Shown here: piece by piece, positions 29,281 through 41,338 of the stretch
How positions within the stretch are numbered: the first letter of the stretch is position 1
Layout of the letters: every line of letters starts with the position of its first letter
IMG/VR virus record: IMGVR_UViG_3300037067_023527
Span: 1-64,000 of that record
DNA length: 64,000 nt
Reading direction: 5' to 3' (one strand)
Source of the DNA: a virus
Lineage: Duplodnaviria; Caudoviricetes
Notes under the pieces: model-generated
Told to the model about the DNA's origin: nothing
What the model saw: only the letters and a program-made list of their open reading frames with translations
The model's database searches: none
Program-made: the position numbers and the translations under genes

Positions 29281-29305
29281 TGTGACATTTCAGCCTTTTG
29301 TCACA
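29281..29305. promoter_or_regulatory. Operator-like inverted repeat TGTGACA-N11-TGTCACA (copy 2)
   Basis: Extends to ACATGTGACA...TGTCACATGT. Confidence 0.65.
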
Positions 29306-29643
29306 TGTCATCAAACCTCGCATCGACCCCTTGTGCATTGCGGAGTGGAGTTGTAAGCCAGGGTTGATAGGGGGGGGTGCCAAACTGGCAGGCGCAAGCG
29401 GAAAAGCGAAACCGGCGCAGCGCGCAGTAATAAATGAATCGACATTGGACAAGAGCTAGAACTAGAATCAGGACAACAATTAGGACGAGGACGAGGACGA
29501 AGGCCAGGGTAGGGTCCAGGGGTTGATGGTGCCCGCGCGATAGGGGGACCCAGTCTCCACCGGCACAACTATAAAATTTTTTTCATTCAGGTTTTTGTTT
29601 CAGGCAGTTGTTGCATTTTCCCGCGGTATTTTGCAGCATTTCC

Positions 29644-29672
29644 TTGACAAGTGTTTCATAGGCTGATACAAC
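29644..29672 (+). promoter_or_regulatory. Sigma70-like promoter of the rightward region
   Basis: TTGACA-N17-TACAAC. Confidence 0.55.
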
Positions 29673-30098
29673 CTCATTTTGGCGCGTGTTGCATTTTGCA
29701 GCGGTATTTTGCTACACAATTGGGGTGTTTATGGTTGAGGGACAGGAGAAGGCTGGGAGCGGGCGTCTTACCGGGCGCAAGCTGGCGACGATGAGGTTGT
29801 ATCTGGCGAACGGGTCGGTGCATGTGTTTAAGTACGTGGAAGTGCTTCGGGACGATGGGTCGTACCTGCAGTTTTATTATGTCTCCGAGGACAATAAAGT
29901 GAAGTATGAGGCGGTTTTCTATGTAAACTCGCTGATTGGCTGTGCGTGGACAGTGTGAGGGAGGGCTCATGAAAAAAGAATTCGATGTATTTTACGTCAT
30001 ACTTGGCGCGATTGTGGTGGCGGCGCTGATGTTGATTTGTACCGCCATTCATTTGTCGTGCAGTCCATCAGTTAAGAGTTTGTATTTAGGAGGGTAAT

Positions 30099-31121
30099 AT
30101 GAAGGGCGAGGTCATAAAGACGTTGAGATTGGCGGCGGGGTTGAATGCGGCGCAGGCGGCGGAATATCTCGGGATAGACCGGAGCACGTTGGCGCGGTGG
30201 GAGAAGGGCGGGGAGTTGCCTAGGATTGCGGCCGCGGGGGCGTTTAAGTTGCTGCAGCCGGGCAAGGAGTTGAATGACTGGGTGTGCAGTTTGCGGTCTT
30301 CGGCGCGGGAGGCGGTAAAGCGGCGCATTGCCGAGTTCATCATCTCCACGTCGATGGTAGAATTGGCGGGTGGGCAATATGCGGCCGGCGAGACGATCGG
30401 GCATGTCACGGAGATAGGCACAGTGAATTTGGCTGAGCCGGTTCCTGATCTGGGCGCGCTGGGGGTTGTGGAGAATGCGCCGGCGACGAGGGAATGGCCG
30501 GCAAGCTGCGATAAGTGCGCCGGCACGAGCGCGGACAGTTGCGCGGGGTGTCCAAACGAGAAATCCAATCCGTATTGGCATGGTCTTCCGCCGGTGGCGA
30601 GACTGGAGATGGTCGATCCTCCGTGGGAGAAGCCGGACTTCAAAAATGAAGTCGAAGGCAGTTTTGAAGTGCAGCCGGAAAGCGCGCCGGTTTCCGAGGT
30701 AGACCATCTTCGGGTGTCGTTGTGTGAGTTGGTCCAGAAAAGCGGAGTGGAAGGGATCGTAGATTTGGCCAAAAGGTCAGAGGTCAGTTTCCACACGATC
30801 GAGCGGTTTATCGGACACATTTGCGGTTTGAGCCAGGACCAAAGATCTGCGATTAACGGCGCCCTGGGCAATGCCCCAGATGTTGAACCCAAGAATGAAA
30901 TGGAGCGCAATTTTGACGGTCCGGAAGTAGAGAAACTGCGCGCGGCGTTGCGATCGAGGGTGCTAGGCACCAAGAAAAGGGAAGTATGGTTGGACGGCAT
31001 GGCGCAGTGGACCGGTGTTGATCTTATCACACTGAATCAGTTTATCTGGAGCAATGGTCCGTTGCTTCAGTCCGAATACGAGCGCATTTGTGCGGCAATA
31101 AAGGAGATGGAGGGAGTCTAA
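30099..31121 (+). CDS. XRE-family HTH protein (multi-domain)
   Basis: IKTLR..AGL..AQAAEYLGIDRSTLARWEKG; second HTH-like segment. Confidence 0.75.
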   Translation: MKGEVIKTLRLAAGLNAAQAAEYLGIDRSTLARWEKGGELPRIAAAGAFKLLQPGKELNDWVCSLRSSAREAVKRRIAEFIISTSMVELAGGQYAAGETIGHVTEIGTVNLAEPVPDLGALGVVENAPATREWPASCDKCAGTSADSCAGCPNEKSNPYWHGLPPVARLEMVDPPWEKPDFKNEVEGSFEVQPESAPVSEVDHLRVSLCELVQKSGVEGIVDLAKRSEVSFHTIERFIGHICGLSQDQRSAINGALGNAPDVEPKNEMERNFDGPEVEKLRAALRSRVLGTKKREVWLDGMAQWTGVDLITLNQFIWSNGPLLQSEYERICAAIKEMEGV

Positions 31122-32330
31122 ATGGCGGAAGAGAACAATGAGAACAAAAGCTGGAAAGATAGGTCGATTGAGGATGAATTAGAGCGAATCAAGACGCTTG
31201 ACATCAAGCTGAAAATGAAGAAAGAGCAGGACAGATATGAAGCCAGCGCAAAATTCAAAACCGAGCTAGGTCGACTGGGCGTGGATGTGGATGCTTTCTT
31301 TCCCGGGGCGATGGAATACGAATCCTGCGGCGTGAAATTTATATTTTCGAATGGCGGATTAACGCGTTATTCGCCAAGTGTGCGAATTGTCCAGGAATGC
31401 CCTAAGTGCGGCAAGAAGATTTTATCTGTGCCGATCACAAGTCCGGCGGTCCTGGCCGGCAATTTAGTCAAATTCCAACCTGAATTCCCGCATAGCTGCA
31501 TAAAGCCTGTCGAGCCGCAGCCAGAGCCAGAAATAAAAATATTCAAGCAAATGTCCGAATACGGCGACTTTGTGTCAATTGCCGTCAATGAAGGCATTGT
31601 TCATTGCCTGAACAAATATGGCTCCGTGTTCTGGTTCGACTATACCAAAAAAATGTGGATCAAAATGCCCGTGGATGTGGCACAGCAATAAAAGGAGCAT
31701 TTATGGCCCGGATTGAATGCGAAATCGAGCAAGTTGATATGGAAAACGAGGACGGGCGCGACGTCGAGGGGACCATGGCCACATGCTCGCGTTGCGGCCA
31801 CACGACTGAAAGCTTCGGGACGGGAAGTTCAAGTGTGCGCAGATGCCTGGTTATGATGAACGAGGAATGCCCGCTTGGGCAGTCCAATTTCTACGTCGCC
31901 AGCGAGGGCGAAGACGATCGCTGAAAGGAATCCAGTGGAAAAACCAATGAATATGTTTTCGGCCGAAGTGTCTTGGATTGTCGATCCCGGCAAGACAGTC
32001 ACCATGAAAATACCTTTCGGGCCGGGAGAAGACGAAACAGTTATGATCGTCATGGACTGGAATACCGCCTGCCTCTTCAGACAAGCTTTTAACGATATTA
32101 TGCAGGAGCACATGCCAGAAAAGGAGAAACATGAAAAAACCAATGGAAAGGTTTGAGGAAATTTACGGGACTTCCCTCTCCCTGCACGGATCTGCAGCCA
32201 CATCTTGTGCGCTGATCGTCATCGCTGATCAGCTCGCGGAAATTTCCGCCCAGCTCGCAAAATTGAACACTCACCTGGAACAAATCGGCCAGAAAACAAT
32301 AATCGGAGAGGCGCCTCAATTGCGCATGGA

Positions 32331-32606
32331 GTGAAAATGCCCGTACAAAAATTCAGATCCAGGCACATCCCGGTGGAAGCAATCCAATATGATGGCAAAA
32401 ATCAAGAGGAAGTGATCGAATTTGGAGGAAAGCGAATCGTTAAAAGCCAGATTCCGTTCAAATCAAACCCTCTGTATTTGCTGGATGGTCGATATTCGAG
32501 CCTCATCAGTGTCGGGGATTGGGTTGTCCGCGGGGAAATGGGGTCGTACACCATCGTGCAGAGCGAAGATTTCCCCGTGGCTTTCGAGCCATATTTGGGA
32601 AAATAG
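32331..32606 (+). CDS. Conserved phage protein (VEA.Q...GDW...G.....F...E family)
   Basis: Motif pattern of a widespread phage family. Confidence 0.6.
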   Translation: MKMPVQKFRSRHIPVEAIQYDGKNQEEVIEFGGKRIVKSQIPFKSNPLYLLDGRYSSLISVGDWVVRGEMGSYTIVQSEDFPVAFEPYLGK

Positions 32607-32881
32607 CGGAAATATATATGTTTCTCTTATTTGTCAGAACTCGAAGATTTTGGTTGATGATAATAAAAAAACAGCCAATGGGTTATGTGAAAGCCGCGCC
32701 TCCATGCATGAAAGGTGAAATAGTATTGCCTTTCTGTAGGAAATCCCTGGTATTCGGATGGCAAGCAAAATCAGGGGATTAGGCATAAAAATCGCTAAAA
32801 TAGCGGAAATTTCCTGAAATTTCATGATATTTCAGGAATTATATACTTCACAAACCCAATAGTTTCCCGTGAAACCATCGC

Positions 32882-33292
32882 ATGACAGCAAAACTGTGTC
32901 CATCCTGTCTAACTCCCATGAAAAAAGACGGCCACACCCGCCGTGGGACGCAAAGATGGACCTGTCTCGCCGCCGGCTGCCCGGATTTTGATAAACCACG
33001 CATAGATTTTAATGGATGGTCGACCGGAGGCAATTATTTGCCGTCGACAATACGAGACGATGTGAGAGAACTTCTCCTGGACGGCGGCGAAGTGCGCAGA
33101 ATCGCCCGAATCATGAAAATAAGCAAAAATTCTGTGCGCCGCATAAAAAAGGAGCTGGTTTCGGCCGGCGCCGATCTCCGTTGCCCTTGCGGAAGATCAG
33201 CAAACCATAATGGTTGGTGTGTTGAGCGGTATCGCCGCAGCCCGGCGCGCCAGGAGTTCATGAAAAACTGGAATAATCGCAAAAAGTATTGA
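32882..33292 (+). CDS. Zn-ribbon + HTH protein (InsA-like architecture)
   Basis: CPSC..KKDG...G.QRW.C...C; RRIARIMKISKNSV. Confidence 0.55.
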   Translation: MTAKLCPSCLTPMKKDGHTRRGTQRWTCLAAGCPDFDKPRIDFNGWSTGGNYLPSTIRDDVRELLLDGGEVRRIARIMKISKNSVRRIKKELVSAGADLRCPCGRSANHNGWCVERYRRSPARQEFMKNWNNRKKY

Positions 33293-33377
33293 TTATTTGA
33301 AACATTTTGCTTGACATTCATGCCGGCTCGAATCTACATTCTTAAAAACGCAATCGTTCAAATTCAATGGGGGTTGT

Positions 33378-33617
33378 ATGGAGTTCAAACCGGAGAGAAT
33401 TAAGGAAATTATAGCGGAACAGATCGGGGTCAAACCGAGCGAAATCGAAATGGACAGTACTTTTGAAGATCTCGGCGTGGATTCCTTGGATGCGATCGAA
33501 ATTACCATGTCGATCGAAGAGCAATTTGAAGTGGAAATCCCCGATGAGGTAATTGAAAAGGTCGTTTCGGTAAGGGAGCTGGCGGATTATGTCGAAAACG
33601 CCGTCAAACCAGGATAA
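33378..33617 (+). CDS. acpP: Acyl carrier protein
   Basis: IIAEQIGV, DLGVDSLD phosphopantetheine Ser motif, EEQFEVEIPDE. Confidence 0.93.
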   Translation: MEFKPERIKEIIAEQIGVKPSEIEMDSTFEDLGVDSLDAIEITMSIEEQFEVEIPDEVIEKVVSVRELADYVENAVKPG

Positions 33618-34054
33618 ATGGGACGAAATCACTCGTAAAACGAAGGAAGCGATCACGAAAGAATGCGCGAATTCGTTAAAAGAGTATTTCGAAATGTATT
33701 CTGCCGTGAAATCAGGGTATTGGTGCGTGTCCTGCAGGACGCCAATCACCTATATCGGCGTTGGTTTCGTGTGCAATTGCCCTCCGCCTCCCTTCAGGAT
33801 GGCATTTACATATTTGGAGCAGTGATCATGAGACCAGAGGAATACGAGGAACATTGTAGGCTGAAAAAAATGGTCGAGGAATGCCAAAAAAAGGATATGA
33901 GCCGCCTGTTTGTGCTGAGATTGGTTGGCTGGGTTTGTTCTATCCTTGCATTGATTTTGATCCTCTTGCTGGTGGGGCTTATCCCGTTTCTTGATTGGAT
34001 GAATCCTCCGTCGCAGATTCATAGGTACGGTCGTGATTATAAATTGGTGGACAA

Positions 34055-34885
34055 ATGAGGATTGCTCGAGTCTTCCCGAGAAGAACAAATGCCACTCCCG
34101 TAGACGATTTGGCTTTCGTCGGTGCGCCGGGCCTGTTTCCTCCCGATGTGGAAGAAGTCCATGTTTCTGTCTCTTTCACCTGGGATATCCCCGAAGCGCA
34201 ACGTCTCTCCCGGGCATGGGTGCGCGTGGCCCCAGTCAGAATAGGCGGGCCGGCTTTCAACAGGCGTAGCGGCCAGTTTGTACCGGGTATATACGTGAAG
34301 CCGGGCTACACAATCACTTCCCGCGGCTGCCCGAATAATTGCTGGTTCTGCCGGGTCCCCAAGAGGGAGGGAGCGGTCCGGGAGTATGAAATCTGCCCGG
34401 GACACGATATCCTGGATGACAACCTGCTCGCCTGCAGCCATGAACACATGGAAAAGGTGTTTTCCATGCTGGAATGCCAAAAAAGACGGATCAAATTCAC
34501 CGGCGGTCTTGAGGCGGCGCGCTTCGATGAATGGGTTGGGACAAGAATCAGGAAACTCAATCCGCATCGTTTGTATTTCGCTTACGATACCGAGGATGAC
34601 TGGGAACCGCTACGCCGGGCGGCTGAATTGTGCTGGGATCTGGGTTGGACGCCACAAGCTCATATCGTGATGGCATATGTACTGGTTGGATATCCCAAAG
34701 ACACAGTGCCGGCCGCGACCAGGCGCCTGAATAACGTGGCTCGTCTTGGAATAATGCCAATGGCAATGCAGTGGCGCGACGAATCGGGAGAAATCCGGCC
34801 GGAATGGACCGGTTTCCAGCGCAAATGGGCCCGAGTTGCCATTACTTCTCATGAAATAGATAAATTGAAAGGGGAATCGGTATGA
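34055..34885 (+). CDS. Radical SAM protein
   Basis: TSRGCPNNCWFC (CxxxCxxC), LDDNLLA, GGLEA, FAYD. Confidence 0.88.
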   Translation: MRIARVFPRRTNATPVDDLAFVGAPGLFPPDVEEVHVSVSFTWDIPEAQRLSRAWVRVAPVRIGGPAFNRRSGQFVPGIYVKPGYTITSRGCPNNCWFCRVPKREGAVREYEICPGHDILDDNLLACSHEHMEKVFSMLECQKRRIKFTGGLEAARFDEWVGTRIRKLNPHRLYFAYDTEDDWEPLRRAAELCWDLGWTPQAHIVMAYVLVGYPKDTVPAATRRLNNVARLGIMPMAMQWRDESGEIRPEWTGFQRKWARVAITSHEIDKLKGESV

Positions 34886-35322
34886 AGAAATATGCCATTT
34901 TTCCAGTTTTATTTGTGTTGGTCGTGATCGGGTGTGAAACGGAAAAAGAGGAATTGTCGAACGTCATGACTGAATCCGCCATCGTGGCAGACACCATATT
35001 TATGCCCTCTCAGCACGGAAGCGGAAGCGGTACGACCTACAGCATGAGTTCCGGACATATTGGGATTTCGAGCGTCGACGTGGACATTCCTGAGAAGTAC
35101 GCCATCGTGTTTGAATGCGAACATGGAAAATTTGTGATCGAGCGAATGCCTGACGCTCGGGAAATGTGGAAAAATCTCAGGAAAGGTCAAAGCGTGAAGG
35201 TCTATTACCAGGAGAAATTTCGCAGGATTTACGAGAAGGACAAACAGATCAAGTCTTCCCTGATCGGATACCACTTCATACGGGCTGTTCCCAACAAGAT
35301 GCCGGCAGAATCGGTGAAATAA
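34882..35322 (+). CDS. Putative lipoprotein
   Basis: MKK + hydrophobic stretch + VIGC lipobox-like motif. Confidence 0.5.
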   Translation: MKKYAIFPVLFVLVVIGCETEKEELSNVMTESAIVADTIFMPSQHGSGSGTTYSMSSGHIGISSVDVDIPEKYAIVFECEHGKFVIERMPDAREMWKNLRKGQSVKVYYQEKFRRIYEKDKQIKSSLIGYHFIRAVPNKMPAESVK

Positions 35323-38300
35323 TGGACGAGAAAATATGCGCAAACTGCCTTAGCCATCCTGCAGTCCCTGGATTTAAGCTGGGGACGTATGGCTTTTGCA
35401 GTGCAAACTGCGAATCCACTTTCCTGAGGGCCGTTTCGGCGCCTAAAAGGGACGATACCGGGTACAAGCTGGAACCTCGGGTTGCCAATCCGGAAGTTTT
35501 CCAGATCACCGCTGATGCATTCCGCATGAAGCAGTATCTTCGCGACCTGGCTGCAGCATGCGAGGAGAAAGTCGGGCCGGCCGCAAAAGAATCCGTTAAG
35601 ATCGTGGGCGCCGATATCGTGCGTCTGCTTACCACAACCCATGGCGAGAAAAATAACCTGGAGGCGATTGCCTCAGTGACACGCGTTCTTTTGTATATTT
35701 TGGATGAGACCGAAAAGAGGTCGATGCAAACAACCTCTTTAAAACAACTTACGCCTCAAGGAGGAATCCAATGAGCAAAATCCCACATATCACAGTGAAG
35801 TATAGTTGCGCATTGTGCGGCCTGCATCGGGTGGAATGCAATGTCCCGTCGCGGCCGGAGGAAATGAATCCAGACCGATGGCTGGAAAAAGTGTGCGGTT
35901 ATACTCTTGCCGCAGATCATGCCTGCAGATCTCCTCATTGCGAAGCAGAAACTCTGTCAGAGCTGATGATTCCTCTGGATAAAGCGAAAATTGTCGGCCT
36001 GGGTATCGGCAACTGATATGGTCGAAAACACGGGTAAAACACTTTCAGGCGGCACAAGGAAGGCTACAAAGTTCCCGGTTTACATCGGGCACAATAGCCA
36101 GGGTGACGGGTTCTACGTGGCGAGCCGTGAGCCGCTTACCTGGGTGAAACATGCGGTGACCTCCGGAGGGTCTTTTGAGCCGGTCAAGGGGAAAGGTTAT
36201 GCGTTCTCTCCCGGGGAGTGGACCGACATGGAGAATCACACTTTTCTGGCCGCGATGATGCGGGTGGTCATGATGGACCGGAATGAGTGGCGGGAACTTA
36301 TTCGGCCGCGGGGATACCCGACGGTGATCAAGGTGCGGAAATGAGCGAGACGGCTCGGATGGTGGAAAATTCTAAGGAGGACTATGGATCACAGAACGAG
36401 TGATTTGATTGTGCTCGACAAGATGTGTGAGCTGGATAAGGACATTCGGATGGCGAAACTGCCTGACAACTTCGTGAACTGCCGGCGCGTTAAGGCTGGC
36501 GGCCATCTTACGATTGGCGTAGATGACTCCTGCGCGAGCATCCTCATGAATATGGCTCTTGGGGCGAAGGATTACGGCGCTGCGCTGATAATCTACAAGC
36601 GTGAGCACTTCGATGAGATCAAAACTGAGTTGAAAAACGGCATTCCTCTCCCACATTTCGGAGATCCTTGCCTCTGCGGGAAGGTGACTGAAGGATGCAC
36701 ACTGGACAGGGAAACACTCTACAACCGAGTAATCGAATTGCAGGGGAAGTTGGAAGCGGTAAAACCTAAGTCTACGCTGAAGGAGATGTTTCCAGGTGAA
36801 TTCTCTGGAGCTCTTCCTGGAAGCATTGAATCCAAGTGGGCCGCAGAAAAGAACACTCTCACGCCGGAACAGGTAAAGCAATTCGACCCTGCTTATCCCG
36901 GCGCGCGAATGCACTATGTTCCCGACAGATCGGAACTGGAGCGAAAGTATCGATACCGCCTCTGGATGGCCTATCCGGATCCGACCGGCTCAAAGTACGG
37001 CGATGACGGCGAAATGCAGCGCGCCGGGCTGGACTTTCTGCGCGCTCCGCTGGAAACGCTCGAGAATGCGGTCGACGAAGCACTGCTTAAATCAGCAGCT
37101 AAGAAGCCGATTCTCACAGAATTTCCAGAAAAGCCCAAGGAGTTTGCTCCTGTGGTGGGTAAATGCGGGGTGCATGCCCCTGGGACAGCGATCACGGATT
37201 GGACATGCGACTTAGATCGCGGTCATTCTGGGAGGCACAGCAATGGTCGCTTAGGTCGGGAACATGAGTGGGATGATAACGGCCATTTATATTATTTTTG
37301 AGGATGTATGCCTCTATTCAAATGTCCGCGCTGCGGTTTCATCGAAAACACAGCCCTGGGAGAGTACCAGTTCCAGGATATCGTAGATGGTGACGATGGC
37401 ATCGTCCCGGAGATCTGTTCCGAGTGCGCTACTGGGACTTGGCACGGAAAGTTTCCCAAAAAGACTGCCGAGGAGTTGGGATACGTCGAGCTGGAGGATG
37501 GATATTATGGACCGCCCGGAGGATGGAAATGATCGGAGGAGTATGGCGAACAATCGTGCCAGTCTGAAATGTAGCAGATGCCCCAATGATAAGGGCTTTA
37601 GCTTTCTGAAGTATTACCCCAGCCAGGGCTGGTATCTGAATCGGAACGAGAATAAGTTCGCGGCCGGTCTGGACGCCTGGCTGGATGTCCATAAACACGG
37701 TGAGCTCTTCGGTGCCCACCTTTACTTGGAGCTGGAAACCATGGGGAGGCAAGATATGTCGTTTGCCAGAGAAGCGTTGTTAGGCGAAATATCCCGGTTG
37801 GAAAAGGAAATCGAGGAAAAACGGGCAATTCAGAGAAAACTCCAGGATGATATGACTAATGCTAATGCCAATACCGAAATCCTAAATCAAAATGAACAGG
37901 TCCGAAAGATGAGCGAACGGGTTAGAGAACTGAAGAAGGAAGTCGACAAAATGCCGTTTCCATTTGGGGTGTGGGTTGGATGGAGAACGCCTTGGATTGA
38001 TCGCGATAAGGTCATTGAAATCCATTTGGATAAGAACACTTGGGACCAAATCCTGGAATGCATGCCGCCCGAAGCTCGTTTCCAACCGATGGTAAATTCC
38101 CTCGAAGACGCAAATAAGCGAATACTAGAATTACGCACACCCGGAGGCCGGCAGGTTTGGTTCGAAGACGATCGGCAGCATTACGGAGAGACGAAAAAGG
38201 TCGAGACCGCAACTGGCATGGTAGATGATTCAGGTCCAATGTCCGCGCTCGGCCGAAGCGTCCGGAGAAAGATCGATAGAGAAATGCAGGAAGCAGCCAA

Positions 38301-40251
38301 TCCTGTGCCTAAACCTAGTCCGTCTGGAGCGATTGAGGCATTGCGATCGGAAATGGCCTCATGTTCTAAACGCGCTGAAGAATTCGGGCGGGAATATAAA
38401 GATCTCGTTGCTAGGTCCAGAGGCATATCACAACAGATGGCTGAATATTTTTCTAAGAGGGAACAGGAGTTCGATAAAATGAAGCGGTTAGAAACCGCCA
38501 TCAATATCCTGGAAGGGAAGTAATCCATTTTAAGAGCAGCATGAGAAAGGGAGAATTGTGACATGTTAGACGAAAAAGAATCTATACAATCGGAAATCAG
38601 CCGGCTCGAGGCGTCGATCGAGGATAACCGCCGCAGTCTTAAAAAACTGGAAGTTGAGAAGCGAAGCGTCCAGGATGGCATCGGATTCTATGAAAATGGC
38701 ATCGAGGAAATGGCGAAGAAAGTCCGGGCGCTGAAGGGTAGACTCAACTCCGCAGAAGGGTTGAGCACGGAAGATTTGTCTGATTTGGCCAAAAAGGTTG
38801 GCGAACAAATGAAGTCGGATTACGCGCATGTGAGCGGTCACGACTTCGCGCTTCCTTCCGGTATGGACAAGAAACCAAAGGAGAATTACTGCATTGCTGA
38901 AGCACTGAAAATGCTTCATTCCTCTTTGGAAAAGGAAATAGCCGTCTTCGATAAATGCATGGCAGAAGCGAGTAATTTCCAGGCGTTTATTGACGCGAAC
39001 CGAACACAACAAAATGAGTGGCGTGACTTGGCTTATGAAGCAGAGGATAGAATAAACCGAATCAGGTCGGCAATTTGCGCGCTGGAGAACAAGGATTCCA
39101 GACCCCCAGGCGTGATGTGGTCGGAAGCGGCCGGCGATATGGCTAAATTCCCGGGGGTTTAACAATGTCTGATGAAATCAAAGAAGATCCACCGCCCAAA
39201 GATCAGTTTGACGATTTCTTGCGTAAGCTAAAAGACTTGGTCTCTGAGGCTTATAGTCGTGTTCCAAAAAGCAAGACAAGTCGGGCGAATAGAGTCATGG
39301 AAAAAGCCTTATCCGATTTGGTCGACAAGGATGGATTTCTCGATCTTCGCCAGGCGATTTACATGTGCGGTCATGGTTTGGTGTTTGCCATGGTCAAATT
39401 TAAAGAAAACCCGCCATGCAATCACTGCAAAAGATGCAACAAAAATGGGCCTTGTCCCGATAAAGAGCCGAAAATGATTACGATGCCACTCCCAAAAATG
39501 AAGATGTGAACGGAGGAAAGACAGAAATGCCAGGAACAATGAAGGGGAAACTGATTTACAAGTGCAGGCATTGCGGGGAAGAGGTAGAAGGAGTGGACAC
39601 AAAAGAATATTTGCTTTTTGAGGGTGACGATGCTCCTTCTTACGAAACAGTAATTCCGGAATATCGCACTCCCTCTGGAACGACTGTTGTTTACAAAAAT
39701 GTTAGTGTTCGGCTAAACGCTCCCAAAACAATTTGGCACGTATGCTATGGGAAAGCCGGCCTCATAATTCCGAATAAATATTTCGGCCTCTGCGATATCG
39801 TTGGATTCAGAGAGATTCCTGAAAAGGAGCCAGAAGAACATGAGTAATTGTCATCAGTGCGGCGCTGCGGCCCCAGAGCTATATATCGACCCTCATGAGC
39901 CTCCAGTTAAATATCTTTGCGCAAAATGCCGTATCAAACAGCTCGAGCTGGAGCTATCAGAGTGCGAACAGGACAGATTCACGGCCGAAAGGACCCGAGA
40001 TGAGCGCACAAAGTCGTTTGATGAGCTCGCTCGAGCCGTAGGATGGAGTCCGGAGCGGTGCAATCAGACGGGAGATTCGCCGGTGGCTGCCGCCCAGGAT
40101 CTTGTTCGGAGCGAAAAAGATCTCCGGGAATCCAACAAAAATCTACAGGCAGACCTGGATGAATTGCAGCAGAAATACCACGCTATGGCGCTCGAAATGG
40201 GGAAAATGCTGGGAAGTCTTAGTCTGTCTGAATCCAAAACGGAGTAACAAA

Positions 40252-40689
40252 ATGCGCAATATGTCATTTATCATGACCACCGACGCCTTCAGGAGTGGGG
40301 AGAAGACGGTGACGCGCCGGCTGGGATGGTGGGGCTTAAAACCTGGCGATCGCTTTATGGGCATCAAACAGGGACAGGGTCTCAAAAAGGGTGAGCATGT
40401 TATTCGTTTGCACCCAGCCGAAGTGATTTCTACGAGGTTTGAATGCCTTGAGAATATCACGATCAGAGATCTTCCCCTTGAAGGGTTTCCTGATATGACA
40501 ACGGAAGATTTTATTCAGAGATTCATGGAGCATAACGCAGCAAAATGCAAGAAGGACGGCCGAAGGACTCTGGTGAACCGGATCCAATTCAAACATCTTT
40601 CCCTCTGCCCGGGATGCCTGTACCCGGTTGCTTACCTGGGCGATTACTGCGGCGAGTGCCTTTGCGAGGATGACTGCGCTCCGGACTAA
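40252..40689 (+). CDS. ASCH-like protein
   Basis: MSF......G.KTVTRR.GW..LKPG...EGF. Confidence 0.7.
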   Translation: MRNMSFIMTTDAFRSGEKTVTRRLGWWGLKPGDRFMGIKQGQGLKKGEHVIRLHPAEVISTRFECLENITIRDLPLEGFPDMTTEDFIQRFMEHNAAKCKKDGRRTLVNRIQFKHLSLCPGCLYPVAYLGDYCGECLCEDDCAPD

Positions 40690-40752
40690 ATTAGTGGGGA
40701 ATGACTGCGATTTATTCGTCGCCTGCAAGAAAGTCGAGGAAGGAGTTGTTCA

Positions 40753-41061
40753 ATGATTGGATTCCATGGAACAAATAAAGAGAACGCGTTAAAGATCATC
40801 AAGTCTGGCTTCGCTCCCTACACTCATTTTTCCCGGAATCTTCAAGATGCGTTGGAGTTTGGCGGATCCTGGGTGTTTATGGTGAAATTTCAGCGAGTAC
40901 CTGATAATTGGCAATTTCTTAACAAGAAATTAATACCCATAAACCGGATAGTCAGACTTACCCAATATCGGCCGATTGTGCGCATAGGATTTCAAACCCA
41001 TTTGACGCGCAAGATTGATGGTCCATGGGAACATCGAAATCTTAATGGAATACCGCTTTAA
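40753..41061 (+). CDS. Small ADP-ribosyltransferase-fold-like protein
   Basis: FHGT....A..I..SGF....FS.....A..FG. Confidence 0.4.
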   Translation: MIGFHGTNKENALKIIKSGFAPYTHFSRNLQDALEFGGSWVFMVKFQRVPDNWQFLNKKLIPINRIVRLTQYRPIVRIGFQTHLTRKIDGPWEHRNLNGIPL

Positions 41062-41338
41062 GAGGAGGATGGCGTCTAATGGATGTTCAGCGGTATTTCT
41101 GGCTTGGCGCCGCCCATGTTGCGGAAGAGATTACGATTCGTGAAGGAAAGCTGCTTGTCGTTATCCCTAAAAAGAAGTGGAAGGACATGCGCCGGTGGGC
41201 AGATGAACGTCAGTATTTCTATGATCCGGCCCTTCAAGATCAAGGGTTTATTAATTTCAGGGCTGTGTTTCGCCTGCAACCGTACTTTATTGGCTTCTGG
41301 AGAACTGAAGATGATTAAATTCGTGGGGTTTTAGAATA

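Noticed and set aside
30086-31030. 314-aa minus-strand ORF
   Set aside because: Antisense to the HTH gene; its Ser/Pro-rich composition reflects the strand skew.
32882-33292. IS1-family element
   Set aside because: Only InsA-like Zn-ribbon/HTH features; no DDE domain, terminal inverted repeats or target duplication found.
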